Shown here: positions 12,401 through 25,715 of the stretch, piece by piece
Layout of the letters: each line of letters starts with the position of its first letter
Numbering within the stretch: position 1 is the stretch's first letter
Assembly: GCA_002104905.1 (NCBI GenBank)
Contig: MCFE01000476.1
Coordinates: 1 to 64,000, forward strand
Reading direction: 5' to 3'
Source of the DNA: Basidiobolus meristosporus CBS 931.73
Lineage: Eukaryota; Fungi; Basidiobolomycota
DNA: 64,000 nt
Position numbers and translations under genes: made by a program
Notes under the pieces: model-generated
The model's input: only the letters and a program-made list of their open reading frames with translations
Databases searched by the model: none
What the model was told of the DNA's origin: nothing

Positions 12401-15400
12401 TTAATTAGATTTTTCATTTCTTCTCCTGGCTGCATCTTTGTAGTAAGAAATTTTTGTCTCAGATACATTTTCCTAGCAGCTGCACATGATTGGTAGTTGT
12501 CATCTAGTGCCTTCCAGGCATTCTTTGCCATTTTTGCTCTTGAGCATTGAATTAGCAACTTGCCATTAACGTTAAGGCAAATGCAGTTAAAGGCACTTTG
12601 TTCTTTCTTCTAGTACTTTAAGGCTTCCTCTGCCACATTTTTAGGAGGGCATTCTTCTCCCATGACAATATCTCAAAGGCCTCTTTCTTGTAGCAGCATC
12701 TTCATCTTCACCTTCCACACCTGGTAGTTGTATCCATCCAACTTTTCAGCAGAGGGAAAAATTCCGGTAATAACAGTAGTAGACATTGCAGACAGTGACA
12801 GCCCAGAGCTTGTAACCTGTTGTTACAATCTTGGAGATATTGGAAGTGATTGGGAGGACAAGTAGATAATGTGGTATTCACTTACTGATTTCTTGAATGT
12901 AAAAGTAGAGTTTGTACTTTTACATGGTCTTGGTATAGCAAACATGTAGAACAGGATAAGGCAGGTTCCAAGAGCATGTGTACAAAGTTTGGGGCTGTTT
13001 TGACAACTTTAAGAATTTTCATGTTTGGGGTACCTGGTATTTTGGTGAAAATATTTTAAGTTAATCCCAACAGGGAATTTGATCAGTATTCTCAAGAGTT
13101 TGTAGGTAATGATCTAAGTGACTAAGTAAGGTGAATATTTAGGTGGAATTACAAATTTTTACAACAACAGCAATCTGTTTTGCAACTACTGCAAAAGTAA
13201 ATGACACATATCAGACTGGTATATTAAGCAGAGAGATAATCAGCAAGAGAAGCCTGAATATGGAAATGCTGTAACAAAAGAAAATAGACTATTCATATCT
13301 GCACTAAATATGACCACAAACAAGGATTTTCAGATGTGGTACATTGACTCTGGAGCATCTCAACACTTTACACACTAAAAAGAACTTTTTACCCATTACC
13401 AAGAAATTCCGGTTAAGAAGGTTCTAATGGGTGACAACAGCTCACCTGATGCAGTGAGAGAAGGAACAATCCAAGTAAACCTTAGAAGCAATGAAGGAGC
13501 CCATACACTGACCATTAAAGAAGTACTCCATGTACCAGAAATAGCTAAGAACATACTATCTGTAGGCAAGGCCACAGCAGAAGGACTCAGTTTCAGCTCT
13601 GACAATTTTGGATGCAAGATCACTGATCAAAATGGTGCTCCTATTGCTTTGGGTGTCAGAGATCAGACTCTTTATAAGTTGACTTATATTCCATCAAGTT
13701 TGGAAGCCAATATAAGTAACTTGAATGAATAAACACCAATGCTTTGGCACAGGAGATTTGGATATATCAATTTTGAATATTTGGGCAAAATGATCAAAGA
13801 TCAGCTAGTTTCCAGAGTAATAACTGATCCCCCAGCTAATTTGGAGCACTGTGAAGCCTGCAAATATGGGGAGCAAGCCAGACAACTGCTCAAGAGCTCT
13901 GGGTAATTCAAAACTAAAAAAAAAATTAGATTCAACTCACTCAGATCTGCAGGGACCTATGCAAAACTTATCCTTAGGCAGGATGAAGTATTTAATCACT
14001 TTTATTGATGATTATACAAGATATGCATTAGCCAACTTCATGGAGAGAAAGGAAGAAGCTCAGTCTAAGCTCAGGGAGTGTAAAGTCATAGAAGAGAGAG
14101 AAGCAGGTGAAGAAATCTAGAAAATATACTATGACAAAGGTGAAGAATATGCCTCAAACTCTTCAGCCACCTCTGCAAAATTCATGGGATAAAGTAAGAG
14201 ACTACTGTATCATACTCCCCATACCAAGGTGGAGTAACAGAGTGTGCAAAGAGATCAATAATTGATATGGCAAGATCTATGATCTGTGTTCAAAAATTAT
14301 CCCAAAATCTTTGGGCAGAGTCAGTTGCCACAGCTGTATTCCTTAAAAATAGGAGCTATAACAGAATACTTTGTGATTCTACTCCATTTGAAGTGTAGTA
14401 TGGATACAGATCAAGTGCAGTACATCTAGGAATATTTGGGCGTACAGCATATGACAAGAAACTGCCTGGAAATCAGTCAGAATTTGAGCCAAAAAGTGAA
14501 AAATAGATATGTTGGGGCTACTGCAATGAGAGTAAAGCATACAGCCTCCACAATACCAAAGCAAAGAAGCTAATCAAGTCCAGAGATATGTTGTTTGATG
14601 AAAATTCAAACTCTCACATAAAACAACATCAGATGATGACAAAAATTGGATCTCAAGTCCAGCAATGGTGAGGGTTCAATCAGAGCAAAACAATGGAAAT
14701 TCTTTCACTCCAGAGGGCTCTGTAGCTGTGGTTCAGCCTAAATCAGTGCCCAGGAGTATCCCAGAAGTGATTGTTCTAGTATCAAATGCCTGGAGATCCA
14801 ACTGGACAAAAAATAGCCTAGATTACAATATTAGTGAGGGTACAAACTTAGCCTATGCCTATTCAGTCCATATTGATGAGCACCAGACTGCAAAAGATGC
14901 CCCAAACAGCCTTGAGACAAAGTTTTGGCAATCTTCAATGACTGAGGAATTTCAGACTCTGCTGGAAAATCAAACTTGGGACTTAGTCAAATTACCAATC
15001 AACCAAAAATCAGTTGGATGCAGATGGTCTTTAAGACAAAACACAAGGCTGATAATACAATTGTAAGATACACAGCAAGACTTGTGGCCAAAGGATACTC
15101 CCAAACAAAAGGACTTGACCATACTGAGACCTTTGCACCAGTTGCCAAGTTCAATTCCATCAGATTAATGTTTGCTATTGCAGCTTAATATAAGTTTTAT
15201 ATATATATCAAATGGATGTATATTCATGATATACTAAAAAAGTACTAAATCAACAACTGTAAACCAACAGCTACCCAAATGGAGACAAATCTTAACTTGA
15301 TCAAAACTCAATCAAGTCAAGAGAGCTTGGTGCCATCCAAAAGCCCTGACTTTCCTTATCAATCTATGGTTTGCCATCTCATGTATATTACAATTGGAGC

Positions 15401-16386
15401 ACATCCAGATAACCCATATTTAGTCAGAGCTGTCAGCCAGCATAATTAGAGCTATGGTTCTGATTGGATTGCACCAGCTAAGCGGATTATTAGATATCTA
15501 AAAGGAACTGATGATATTTGCTTAAGATACATTTATCAGGACTCAGAACAGAATCTATGGGATACTCTTATGCTGATTTGGGACAAAATTTGGAAGACAG
15601 AAGATCCACCACAAGATACACCTTTCTTTATTGCCAAGGAGCAATTTCATGGAGTTCAAGAAAGCAACCAACTGAAGCACTTTTCATCTTGGAGGCAGAG
15701 TATATGGCAGCCTGTGAAGCAACAAAAGAAGCAATACACTTAAGAAAGCACTTTATAGATTTAGGTCAATGTCAAAAGACACCTATTATATTATTTCAAG
15801 ATAATCAAGGATGTATACCATTAGGTAGAAATCCAGCTTTTCATGTTAGAACTAAGCACATAGATATTAGACACCATTCTGTACACAAAGCTATAGAGAA
15901 TAATCTAGTTGGCTTAGTTTACTGTCCTCCAGATGAAATGATTGCTAACACTTGTACCAAACCAGTAGATAGAGACAAGCATGATAATCTTAGGTCAAAG
16001 TTAGGACTAGTCAATGTGAACATTTAGCTGTGTGGGAGTGTTGTAAAAATTTTTAATCCCACCTAAATATTCACCTAACTTAGTGACTTAGATCATTACC
16101 TTCAAATCCTTGGGAATACTGACTAAATTCCTTTTTGGGATTTACTTAAAAAATTTTCACCAAAATACCAGGTACCCTGAGCAAGTAAATTATCAACGGT
16201 GTCCAAACAGCCATAAACTTTGCATACATGCTCTTGGGACCTTCCTTAGCCTAATCCGCATGTTTGCTATGCCAAGACCATGTAAAAGTATAAATACTAC
16301 TTTAACATTCAATAAATCATCAAGTGAAGCCACATAATCTACTTGTTCTCCCAATCACTTCCAACATCTCCAGGACCCTTACAACA
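9467..16386 (+). mobile_element. Older Copia-A element (B1) with LTRs 9467-9816 and 16039-16386, heavily decayed
   Basis: PBS GGTTATGAGCTC at 9817, gag-pol fragments, PPT TGTGGGAG before the 3' LTR; part of RT deleted; flanks rejoin to the CMC host. Confidence 0.88.
10514..13166 (-). mobile_element. Internally deleted Copia-A element (B2) nested antisense in the B1 gag, TSD ACAGC
   Basis: LTRs 10514-10861 and 12818-13166; ACAGC at 10509-10513 and 13167-13171; RT joined to protease near 11700. Confidence 0.92.
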
Positions 16387-16770
16387 TTTTCCCAGTGCAT
16401 ATTGGGATTTGGCAAGGCTCATGCATGGTACTGTTGTTGGGGAGATAGACTCACAATTCATCAGTGTGCCTTCTTCTTCAGAGCTATCACTCTGCATGCC
16501 ATACTCAGAAGGCTGCAGTGAACCTCAAGGTGTCACAAACTCACATAACTCAGTTTGAGCAAGGTGACAAGTAAAGTTAAGTGCCATTATGGAAGTCTCA
16601 AGTGGCTGGCAAGATATTGTTAGCACAGTAGTGGCTGATCAATGGTCAAATATGACATGTGTTGCAAAACACTGTCCATGATCCTTGTTATACTTCCTAT
16701 GCTGTCAGCATGCCTCATGGCAGAAAGGCTTTTTACAATAGCCACATGGTCTTTTTTTCTTCTCTTACAG

Positions 16771-17839
16771 TGTGGTGGTGTATAGGTCTAAGGGAGAGAT
16801 ATGTCCAACACTTCTCAAGTATTTGTGTGTGGGGTGCTCACTGGGTGTGATAGCCTCTGGCAAAAGCTTGCTAGGAATACTTGGGTTCTGTCACTAATCT
16901 AATGTGATGGGGAACAAAGCCACAAACTTCTCAAGGGAAAACTATTGAGCTACAATCCCCAATTGAGTTGGCGTCTTAACAAAAGTATGTGCTGGGTTCA
17001 GTGTCCTTTGAGTAGACAATGTGCTAAAGCTTCCAAAGTCCAAACAGTTGTAGACTCCACCAGCAGGGACTAGATAAAATGCAGCTGTGGTCAATAGTTA
17101 CAAAGACAGAAAAGTATCTTTGACTGTACAAGAACAAACTTGGGAAAGAATCAAATATATTGAAAGATACCTACCCCAAGTATTGCTCATAATTAGTGCC
17201 TCTAAGGTCAGTTGGCTGTCAGCGTGGTTTCCTGGGAGTGTCCTGTAGTCTGGGGTTGGAAGTTCAGGTAGCAGCAGGTAGCAATGATCACACTAAGCAA
17301 CAAGTTGGTATATTGATAAAAGGGATGATGATTTATTGCTGAGGGATAACCTCCTTTATATACTTTTCTTACTGACAAAGTGATTACTAATCATAGTGTT
17401 CCAGAAGGTTCTGGATATCAATAGAGATCTTAATGACACCAGAATGACCTAAGAATGTTCTAAGTATGTGCCGGAAGGTTCCAAGAGGCACAGCACATCC
17501 AACCAATCAGGAATCAGTATTATGAAACCTGTGCAACATAGGGATAGCATATATGGTATGAAAGTGGTAGGGACGGTGCCATGGACTGGTCATGTGTCAC
17601 AGGTACTGGCGCAGGTACTTGCCTAATATAGAAACACTTATAGCTAGTAATCTAACCTAGAGTGACGGATAACTTATGCAATAAGGTAAGCAGCTATGAT
17701 AGTCAGCCAGCTTATGCAATAGTACTGATCAAGTAAGACAAATGGGATAAAACTAAAATAAGGGTAGTAGAGAAATAGGGAAGTAGAAAATATAAGAATG
17801 AGCACATCTGTCAGTGGGTGTCACTGTGACCCCACTACA
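16771..17839. repeat. LTR-X solo LTR (1069 bp), TSD ACAG/ATGG (ancestral ACGG)
   Basis: TGTGGTGG...CCACTACA termini; the empty paralogous site at 21562-21565 reads ACGG. Confidence 0.88.
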
Positions 17840-18921
17840 ATGGCATTGAATCAAAGCAGTCTTGTCCATGGGGCAAATAGTCCAAGGCTAAGCAGAATGG
17901 GCTTGACTTGTTGCATGACCATTATCCTTGATTCAAGCAAGCAAACAGATTTTAGGCCAGCATTGGTATTATAAGAAGGTTTCTTAAGAATAGCAGATAT
18001 TATCAAAGGTAGAAGAACAAGGGTGCCAAGGCTAAAAGCCTGCAGCTTCCCAAAGAGCTTGTCACAAGCAGGGCTAAAAGCTCCAAACAAGTGGCAATGA
18101 AACTACAGGAAGCCAGAACAGGCCAGTAATAGACAGGCAGGCAGAAACAGATGCACCAGTGCAGCATTTATCAAGGAGAAAACATAGTTCAATACAAGTA
18201 GTACTCAGTAACAGTAGCAATGAGGGACTTGACAGTGGTAAATACCCACGGCTTTCTCAGGAGCCTGTCACAAGCAAGGTTGATAGCTCCAAGCAAGCTG
18301 CAAAGAAATGTCAGGTTGATAGAGGAGTGCTGACAAGGAACAAGCAGGCAAAAATGGATGCACCAGTGCAGCATCCATCAATGCAAAAACAGAGTACAAT
18401 GCTAGAAGCACTTTGTGAAAGTAGCAGTGAAAGACTTGACAGTCATAACCCTACAAAAATAATTTGGTCCCACAGGTGGATCCAATCCGGATCATCCATC
18501 CAGATCCCATTTAGAGACCATCATAATAACAGCAGCTTGGAATTAGTGACCCTCCCAACAATCTAATAATAAGATCATGATGGTGTTTTGCAAATTTTAC
18601 AGCCAAATAAAGGGATAAAACTTGACAATTTTTAATTGGTGCTGTGACAATATTTGCATGGTATTGTTGCAGTCTTTCAGCGCTCTATTACTATTTTAAG
18701 TGGATCTAGTTGGCCAGGACTTCCAATTGCCTTATATGGCAAGAAACTTGATGGCAATTTGATGGCCTCACAGCTAGACTCTGATGGCATTTTTTGGCAG
18801 TATGATGGCCTACTGCTGGTTTTGTATAATGCCACTGTACCACTTTACCATATGATATTTCCTTTTTCTACCTCCCCTTGTGCAATTCATATATTCCACT
18901 GTAGAATCACCTTTCTTTACA

Positions 18922-21432
18922 CTACTGGGTATTCCACATATAGTTTGAATCAAAAAAAACTATGGCCTCCTGCTTACTAACCTTTACAAACACGCATACC
19001 AACCGCAATTGGGATACTTCTATCACCTCAACTTTACGGCTTTTTAGTGTGATACTTGCAAAGTTGCCATATACCTTGTACTGCTGGTAGCATATAAATC
19101 TTGCAAACATATGCTTGGTTGTTTCCACTTCTGCCATGAATATCTCCTGAATATTGGCAAAGAACTTCTTGGTATTTAGCCAATATACCTCTTCTCCCTG
19201 CTGGTTTCTAGTCCCCCTTATAGGTGCGCTCTGGCTTTTGTTTGTGTGAATTCTGTATTGAATGATGTAGAAGTTGGCCTGTAACCACAAGAAATCTGGC
19301 ATGTCCTGGTGGAGTTTTCCTGATAAAAATTAGTTGCTTGTTGCACCCAACCCAACTCTGCATTACTTAACTGATTACCCATGCATTTGGGCTGCCTAGC
19401 TTCTTAATGCCAAAGGTATAGGTGTCTCCATGTGCACATTTGTCTTCAGTATTTTCCAACTCTTTCTGGATGTCCTCCATGTGCCAACTCATCACATCCA
19501 TGATGGACTTGAAGGTAATACTTTTGAGGAGATTGGGATATGGTAGTACTTGCAACTTGACTTGTCTTCCTATCTCCCCCGCTCCATAGGAAACTCCCAA
19601 AGGCAAAGCAAGGCCCAATATTCTCCACACACCATGCAAGATGGAGTAGAAAATGGATACAGTAGCAGCTGACATCTACACATTCAGCTTTATGTTTGTA
19701 GTATAGCCGCTCAAATCCTGTCACAAATTCCTCACACAACAGCTGTAGATGCATCAAGTTGGCATTGGTGATCTGCTTCTGGATAAATATTACTACAATA
19801 TCCACATACAACTCCCAATGCTTCCAATATACTCTTGGTAGGAGTGACTTCAGAACACCACTTGAATAAATACATATCCAGTTCATCCAGTCTTTGCATT
19901 TGTATTGTTGTATATGCATTGGAATATCAATTGGAGCCTGTGAGAAGTACTTAGGGTAGCAGGCACTCTATAATACCTTGCCAATTTTTTCAAATTTCTC
20001 CGGTATCTTGAAGGCCTCACTTAGCTAGAAATGCCCCATGTACAACTTGGATATCAGTATAGGAATATTGTTGAGAAGCAAATGCATTGCTCCCAGTGGA
20101 AAGTCTTTGCTCCAACAGAAATCCCCTATCTTAAGTATCTCTGGTTTCCAATTGATTCCATATTCAGGCCAATGCCTTATAGCTTGCAAACTATGCGGCA
20201 ATTGCACACTTACTTCTGTACATTCTCTCTGTGGAATGATTATATTCTCAGTGCTGATGTTTGGGTAATAATAATATGTGTAACTCATGGAGCAAATCCC
20301 CTGGATCTCTCACATTCAACAGCAATACTTTCCATTGTGCCCAGAAGAACCTGCTATCTTGCTGATGGCTGGGGTATCTTCAATGCAGATAATAATATGC
20401 GCTTTACATGACAGCCATTTACCATTATCTGGCTGGAAAGCATACAAAATTCATCTAGCAATGGACACAGGTAGCTCTTCAGGTTGGACAGTGATTTAGG
20501 CCCAGATACCAGTGAGACTACCATCAGATTACTGCTCTGATACCATAAGATGGGCAGCAGATTCAGATTGATGAGAATCAGTAGCCGGCAGGATTTGCTG
20601 GCAGCGTACTTGTTTAATGAGAATCCATCAAGTGCTAAAGCAAAGGCATGGTCATACATACCTTCAAAGTGACCCTTGCTTTTTAGCTGTTTGTAACGTT
20701 TGTCATTGAATATATTGGATATGTTTGTGCTTGATTAATACTGAGTGCGGTACTGTATAGCTTTGCAATATTTGTCGGACTCCATCAGCTTCCTCAGATG
20801 GGGTATGACTGGAATATATCTGGAGTGTGAACAATGTTTTCCCTCAATGGTGGTGGATTCCTGACAATTTGGACATGTTGCAATGGTAGCATTTTTGGAT
20901 GTGAATGTAATGCAACTGTTAACACATGATGGAATCAGGACAGTCTCTAGATCATATGTTGCCAGCCACATGAGGGTTGTCCACTTGTACCATGTACATG
21001 GTAAGTTGCATCCCGGTATGATTTTAGCAAGAGGTAGTAATAAATCCTCAAAGCCCCATTACTGATATTAGTGGAAACTTGCCACTTCTCTAGCCACAAC
21101 ATTGCATCATTCACCAGTAGATGGATTACTGGACTCACTTGGCTCCATAAAGTCTCCTTGGTATTTCTTTCAATGGGTGTTGTCTCATTGCATATAGGGA
21201 TTTGACTGGGCTCATATGTGGTACTGTTGTTAGGGGAGATAGGCTCAAAATCCATCAGCAAACCTTCTTTGTAAGAGCTATCACTCTGCGTGCCATATTC
21301 AGAAGGCTGAGGTGAGCCTAAAGGTGTCACAAACTCACCTGACTCAGTTTGTGCAAGGTGACAAAGACAGCCAGGTGCCAATATAGAGGTATCAACTGGC
21401 CGGCAAGATAATATTGGTCCAGTAGTGACCAA
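18922..21432 (-). pseudogene. Decayed En/Spm tnp2-family transposase of CMC copy 2
   Basis: CVNSCITF...CPNC...YIPVIPHL, LALDGF...LLILINLNL...GPKS, MHLLLNN, WMNWICIYS...FERLYY...HFLLHLAW..IGP. Confidence 0.85.
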
Positions 21433-21975
21433 TGAATGATTGAATATGACTTAGGTGGCAAAACACTGACTGTGAACCTTGTAATATTTCCTAAGCTGTC
21501 TACGTACTTCATGGCCAAGAGGCTTGCCTCGATAGCCACATGGTCTTTTATCTCTTCTCTTACGGTGTTGAGTCAAATTAGTCTTGTCCATGGGGCAAAC
21601 AGTTTGACATTCAACAATGTAATGCTATTATATCACTTTTTGGTCAATACTCATGTGAACTTAAGACAGTCTTGTATTTGAGACATTGCACCTACATGAA
21701 TGTAAGATTCAATGATGACCTGCCATAGTAAGCATTCTAAATAAAGTTGTGGTACCACATACATATGTATATGTAACACTATTTCCCATTTGGTTTAACT
21801 CACTTCAATATATAAGCCGCCAACAAATAAAGCAATGTTGTCTGGTTCTCAACCAAGCCCCACTGCTGACGGCAACAGAAGAATGGTTGGACAACAGCTT
21901 GCTTTGACATTCAGTGTAACAAGCGGGGCTACATCCAAAAAAGGCACTGTGGAGAGTGTGCCCATTGAAGGTATT

Positions 21976-22709
21976 AGACTTGTTCCGTTGGATAGTGCCA
22001 CATTGAGCCATGAGTGCCAAACAATGCCATAGTGTGCCAGAGAGGTCAAGTGAGCCTATACTTGGCCACAGAGTGTGAAACATAGCTCTGCATCTTCATG
22101 TAAAGCAACCCCTGTGTTTCACCCATTGCGCAGGAGAAAATCCATTTTTTGACCTTTTTTTGTGGATCAATGTAGCTCAGGATGTGTAAGAGCACAGGAG
22201 AACTGAAGATATGCATCTGGTACTCAATACCCATGGCACTCTGAATCTAGCTCCTGTAGCTTGTATCATGTCACAAAAATGAATGGCACTATCTTGGTCC
22301 ACTGGTACTATCTGGCACTATATTTAAATATTAGCCCTAAAGTAAGATCTATACAAAGCACTTAGAGTGCCAGATAGTACCAGTGGACCAAGATAGTGCC
22401 ATTCATTTTTGTGACATGATACAAGCTACAGGAGCTAGATTCAGAGTGCCATGGGTATTGAGTACCAGATGCATATCTTCAATCTGCTTGTGCTCTAACA
22501 CATCCTGCACAACATTGATCCAAAAAAAAAGGTCCAAAAATGGATTTTCTCCAACACAATGGGTGAAACACAGGGGCTGCTTTGCATGAAGATGCGGAGC
22601 TATGTTTCACACTCTGTGGCCAGGTAGAGGCTCACTTGACCTCTCTGACACACTATGGCATCATTTGGCACTCATGGCTCAATGTGGCCCTATCCAACAG
22701 AACAAGTCT
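21976..22709. mobile_element. Fold-back MITE copy 1 (734 bp, about 347-bp inverted arms, 40-bp spacer), TSD ATT/AAT
   Basis: AGACTTGTTCCGTTGG...CCAACAGAACAAGTCT; the empty site near 41785-41805 supports a 3-bp duplication. Confidence 0.93.
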
Positions 22710-24136
22710 AATAATGTGGACTCCTCTGGCACTCAGTCAAGTAAGCAATTGAGAACCTCTGTGGAGCCACAAGCTGACCATTATGCTCAGGCAGATGAAA
22801 ATGTAGCAAACGCAGTACCCTCAGTGGAAGATCAGCAAGTGGCCATGATATCATCACCACCACCCATATTAGCAAGTATGTTGTCAGCTCATACCAAAGC
22901 ATTTATGTAGCAATTAGGTGCAGTGGCTGATAGTATAGATGCAATGGCCCAGGCAAATCAGGAAGTAGTCCAGAAACAGTATGAGTGGAAAATATTTGTA
23001 GAGCAATCAATATCCCAGGTAGAGAAAGCAGTGTCATTGCTGCAAAGAAGGAACTCAAGTAGCTCAATGACATAGCCAAGAATTGAGCCATTTCCCAATG
23101 TAACAGCAGAGGAACACTGTACAGTTGTTGAAGCACAACAACAGTGCCCAAAGATAAAGCCCACAGAAAAGCCTATCACTGTGTGGGAGGGAGACAATGT
23201 GGTACTTATACCAAAGCCTAAAAATCAAAAGACATTGAAGATCTGTTAAGCTGTTGAGTGCAATAATGAAGAATGGGCTAATATACAAGAGGCCATCAGA
23301 AGTCTAGCATGCCATCACCATACAGCTGGCATACCATGGGACCATCAGCAACTCAAGGCCATGCAGAATGCACTTGAATTGTTCCATGAGCATTAGACTT
23401 GTTCCATCGTACCATGCCAGGGCGCGCGGCGTGATCCGCGGTTGCAAAGAACAATCAGGCGCGATATTATAGCTACCAGAAGGCAGGATTGTTCTGGGAC
23501 AATTTCGCACTATGCGGGACAATCTTGCACACTATGGCACAATCTGACACAATGAGGTTGGCGTGGATGATTGCGCCAACTTGTAATGTTTGCATCACGT
23601 GCGCAATCGGATACCGCTATAATGGCAGGTAAAATCCGGTATTTGGATATGTTTCTTTAATGTAAATGGAAATAAATGTGTATCACACTATAAACTACAC
23701 TAATACTTACCATTTTGGTTACCCTCACTCCAATTGGACAGTATCTCAGTGGTTAATTGGTCCAAAAGTATCCTGAAGCTGGCAGCCCCCAATTGGCTCA
23801 TTGACTACTGAAAAGCTACCTGATTTGCCATCAAATATCCCATTTTGCCCATTGAACAAGTAAATCCCTGATCCTAGTGATTGGGCAAGGTGTCATAGCT
23901 AGCACGCAAGCAATTGTGTAGGTGCAAAACAGATCCAATAGCTGCACTAGTATTACAGATGACTTATATATATGCAGGGTGTTTATTTATAGGGGTTCTG
24001 TCTCAAATGTGAGACGACCTTGATATTACTTATATCAAAAATTTGATGATCTCTGATTTGCAATGGCTTGATTTGGATTGCAAAAAAAAAGGGTTGTTGG
24101 GATCATTACAAATGTGAGCGATTTAAAGCAATCGCA

Positions 24137-25384
24137 TCATCTTCTCCTGGGTTTTTTTCTCACAGGGATTACTACTGAAGCATTTGGTAGTGACTCACTT
24201 TGCACACCTATACTACTTCCTGGCTGACTATCATCTTGGCTACTTGTGTATTTGTAGTCAGTATTTTGCCTCCTAGTTAATGAGTGCGATGCTGCAGCTT
24301 GGCCACGCTGAATTGCTCTGACTGAACCAACTGAACCGGCCTGTTGTGCCACGCGCTGACGCGTTCTTTTACTTGCCAAGGGCTCCGGTGGTTGAGGCAC
24401 TTCATGTTGGTCATCATCAGTCAGTTCACCAGAAGTAACTTGCTGATGGTCAGGTGAAACGGCACGTGCAGGCGTGCCTTGATGTGTTGAGATGGCCCTT
24501 GGCTGAGTTTGATGTGATGCCGCATGTTGATGTGACTCGGTCCGCTCCAATGGACTTGTGTCTAAATGAGCAGTTTGGTGAGTTCTCGTAGTTTTGCTCT
24601 GAAGTGTGCGTGTTGACCCAACGCGCATTGACTCGATGCGGGGCGTTCTGGTAAAGGGTGTTGGTGTGGTCTGGACTGACGTTTGCCGGCACGCTGTAGT
24701 TGCAAGAGATGGTAGGGAATCCAGCAAGGCGTGCTGGTGTGATCTGGACAATGTTGCTCACGGTCTGTATTCTTCCTCCTGAAGCTCTCCATCTGATTCC
24801 TCAAGGTATTCACTTACCCTCTGTCTGATACTTTGGAGCTGTTGCCTGGATGATTCCTGTGTATATTGCTCTTGGAAGCCACTTAGCTCTACTAATATAT
24901 CACGTAGTACATTAGTCATTTGAGGCAAAAACTCATTCAAAATCTCTTTGGTTCCCAAAGTTGAGGCACAAACAGACGTGTCCAGCCCATACTGTGCAAA
25001 TTGCGCGCAAAATCGTTCCCGTGCGGCTTCTTTGTCAAATCCTCTCACTCTCAGCTCATTCTTGATTTCAATACTTGTCTTGTTATATATCTTTTTACAT
25101 ACATTGGCTGGCATCTTGATGTAGAACTCATGCCACAGCTTTCTACTCAAATTCTTCCATCTTTGTTGACTCTCTGAGGTATCTAGTTCTGCTAGATTAA
25201 TCAGTAGTGCCCAAATATCTGTATGAAGGCTCATCATAGACACTTGGGCCATACTAAAATCATTTGGCAAGAACTTGAACGGATCCAACATTGACTTTTC
25301 CGTTCCGGACCGCGTTTGTGAGCTGGGGGATGGGTTTTGTCTGGGTTGTACTAAAGATGAGTTGAGGCTTGGTATGGGGACCAT
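24137..25384 (-). CDS. ORF2 of the PHIS element (about 415 aa; one in-frame TGA at 24758-24760); helical N-half, disordered C-half, basic NLS-like tail
   Basis: ORFs 24758-25384 and 24137-24751 are in the same frame, separated only by TGA-GCA-ACA; ends PVRKKPRRR; tail conserved in the decayed copy at 58505-58930. Confidence 0.75.
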
Positions 25385-25715
25385 AGCAACAGATTTGGAT
25401 ACTTATACAGCAGTATATTGGCATCAACCTGGTCTTTTATGAAATATATATGAAAACTAAAGTGATTGTTGAATTTTCCATATATTATGCATGATGCATC
25501 TTGGATCGCGTTGATATGGATCAGATCACATCAATTGCAGATTTCCTATTTGATTATAGACCTATGATTAAAGCATCAATAAAAGTACCAAGGCATTGTT
25601 TGCGGATGATTTTTGCAACATAATGATGGGATACATGGCAATTGATGGAGATTTAACCATAATGTGTTAAAAATCAGATAAATAACGCAGATTGCGCCGA
25701 ATTGATTCAAACCGC

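Noticed and set aside
22046-22589. Short ORFs (MDQDSAIHF..., MGIEYQMHIF...) repeated three times
   Set aside because: They are by-products of the three near-identical MITE palindromes, with no protein-like features.
23700-23712. Conserved GTAAGT splice donor on the minus strand
   Set aside because: No supported exon structure; it could equally be a TGG-TAA stop context.
24758-24760. TGA as programmed readthrough, selenocysteine or an alternative genetic code
   Set aside because: A single CpG deamination from CGA is simpler, and the same kind of change is seen elsewhere (5156-5158).
24137-25384. ORF2 as a Fanzor/TnpB or other RNA-guided nuclease
   Set aside because: No RuvC-like acidic motifs or zinc finger are visible, and the C-half is low-complexity.
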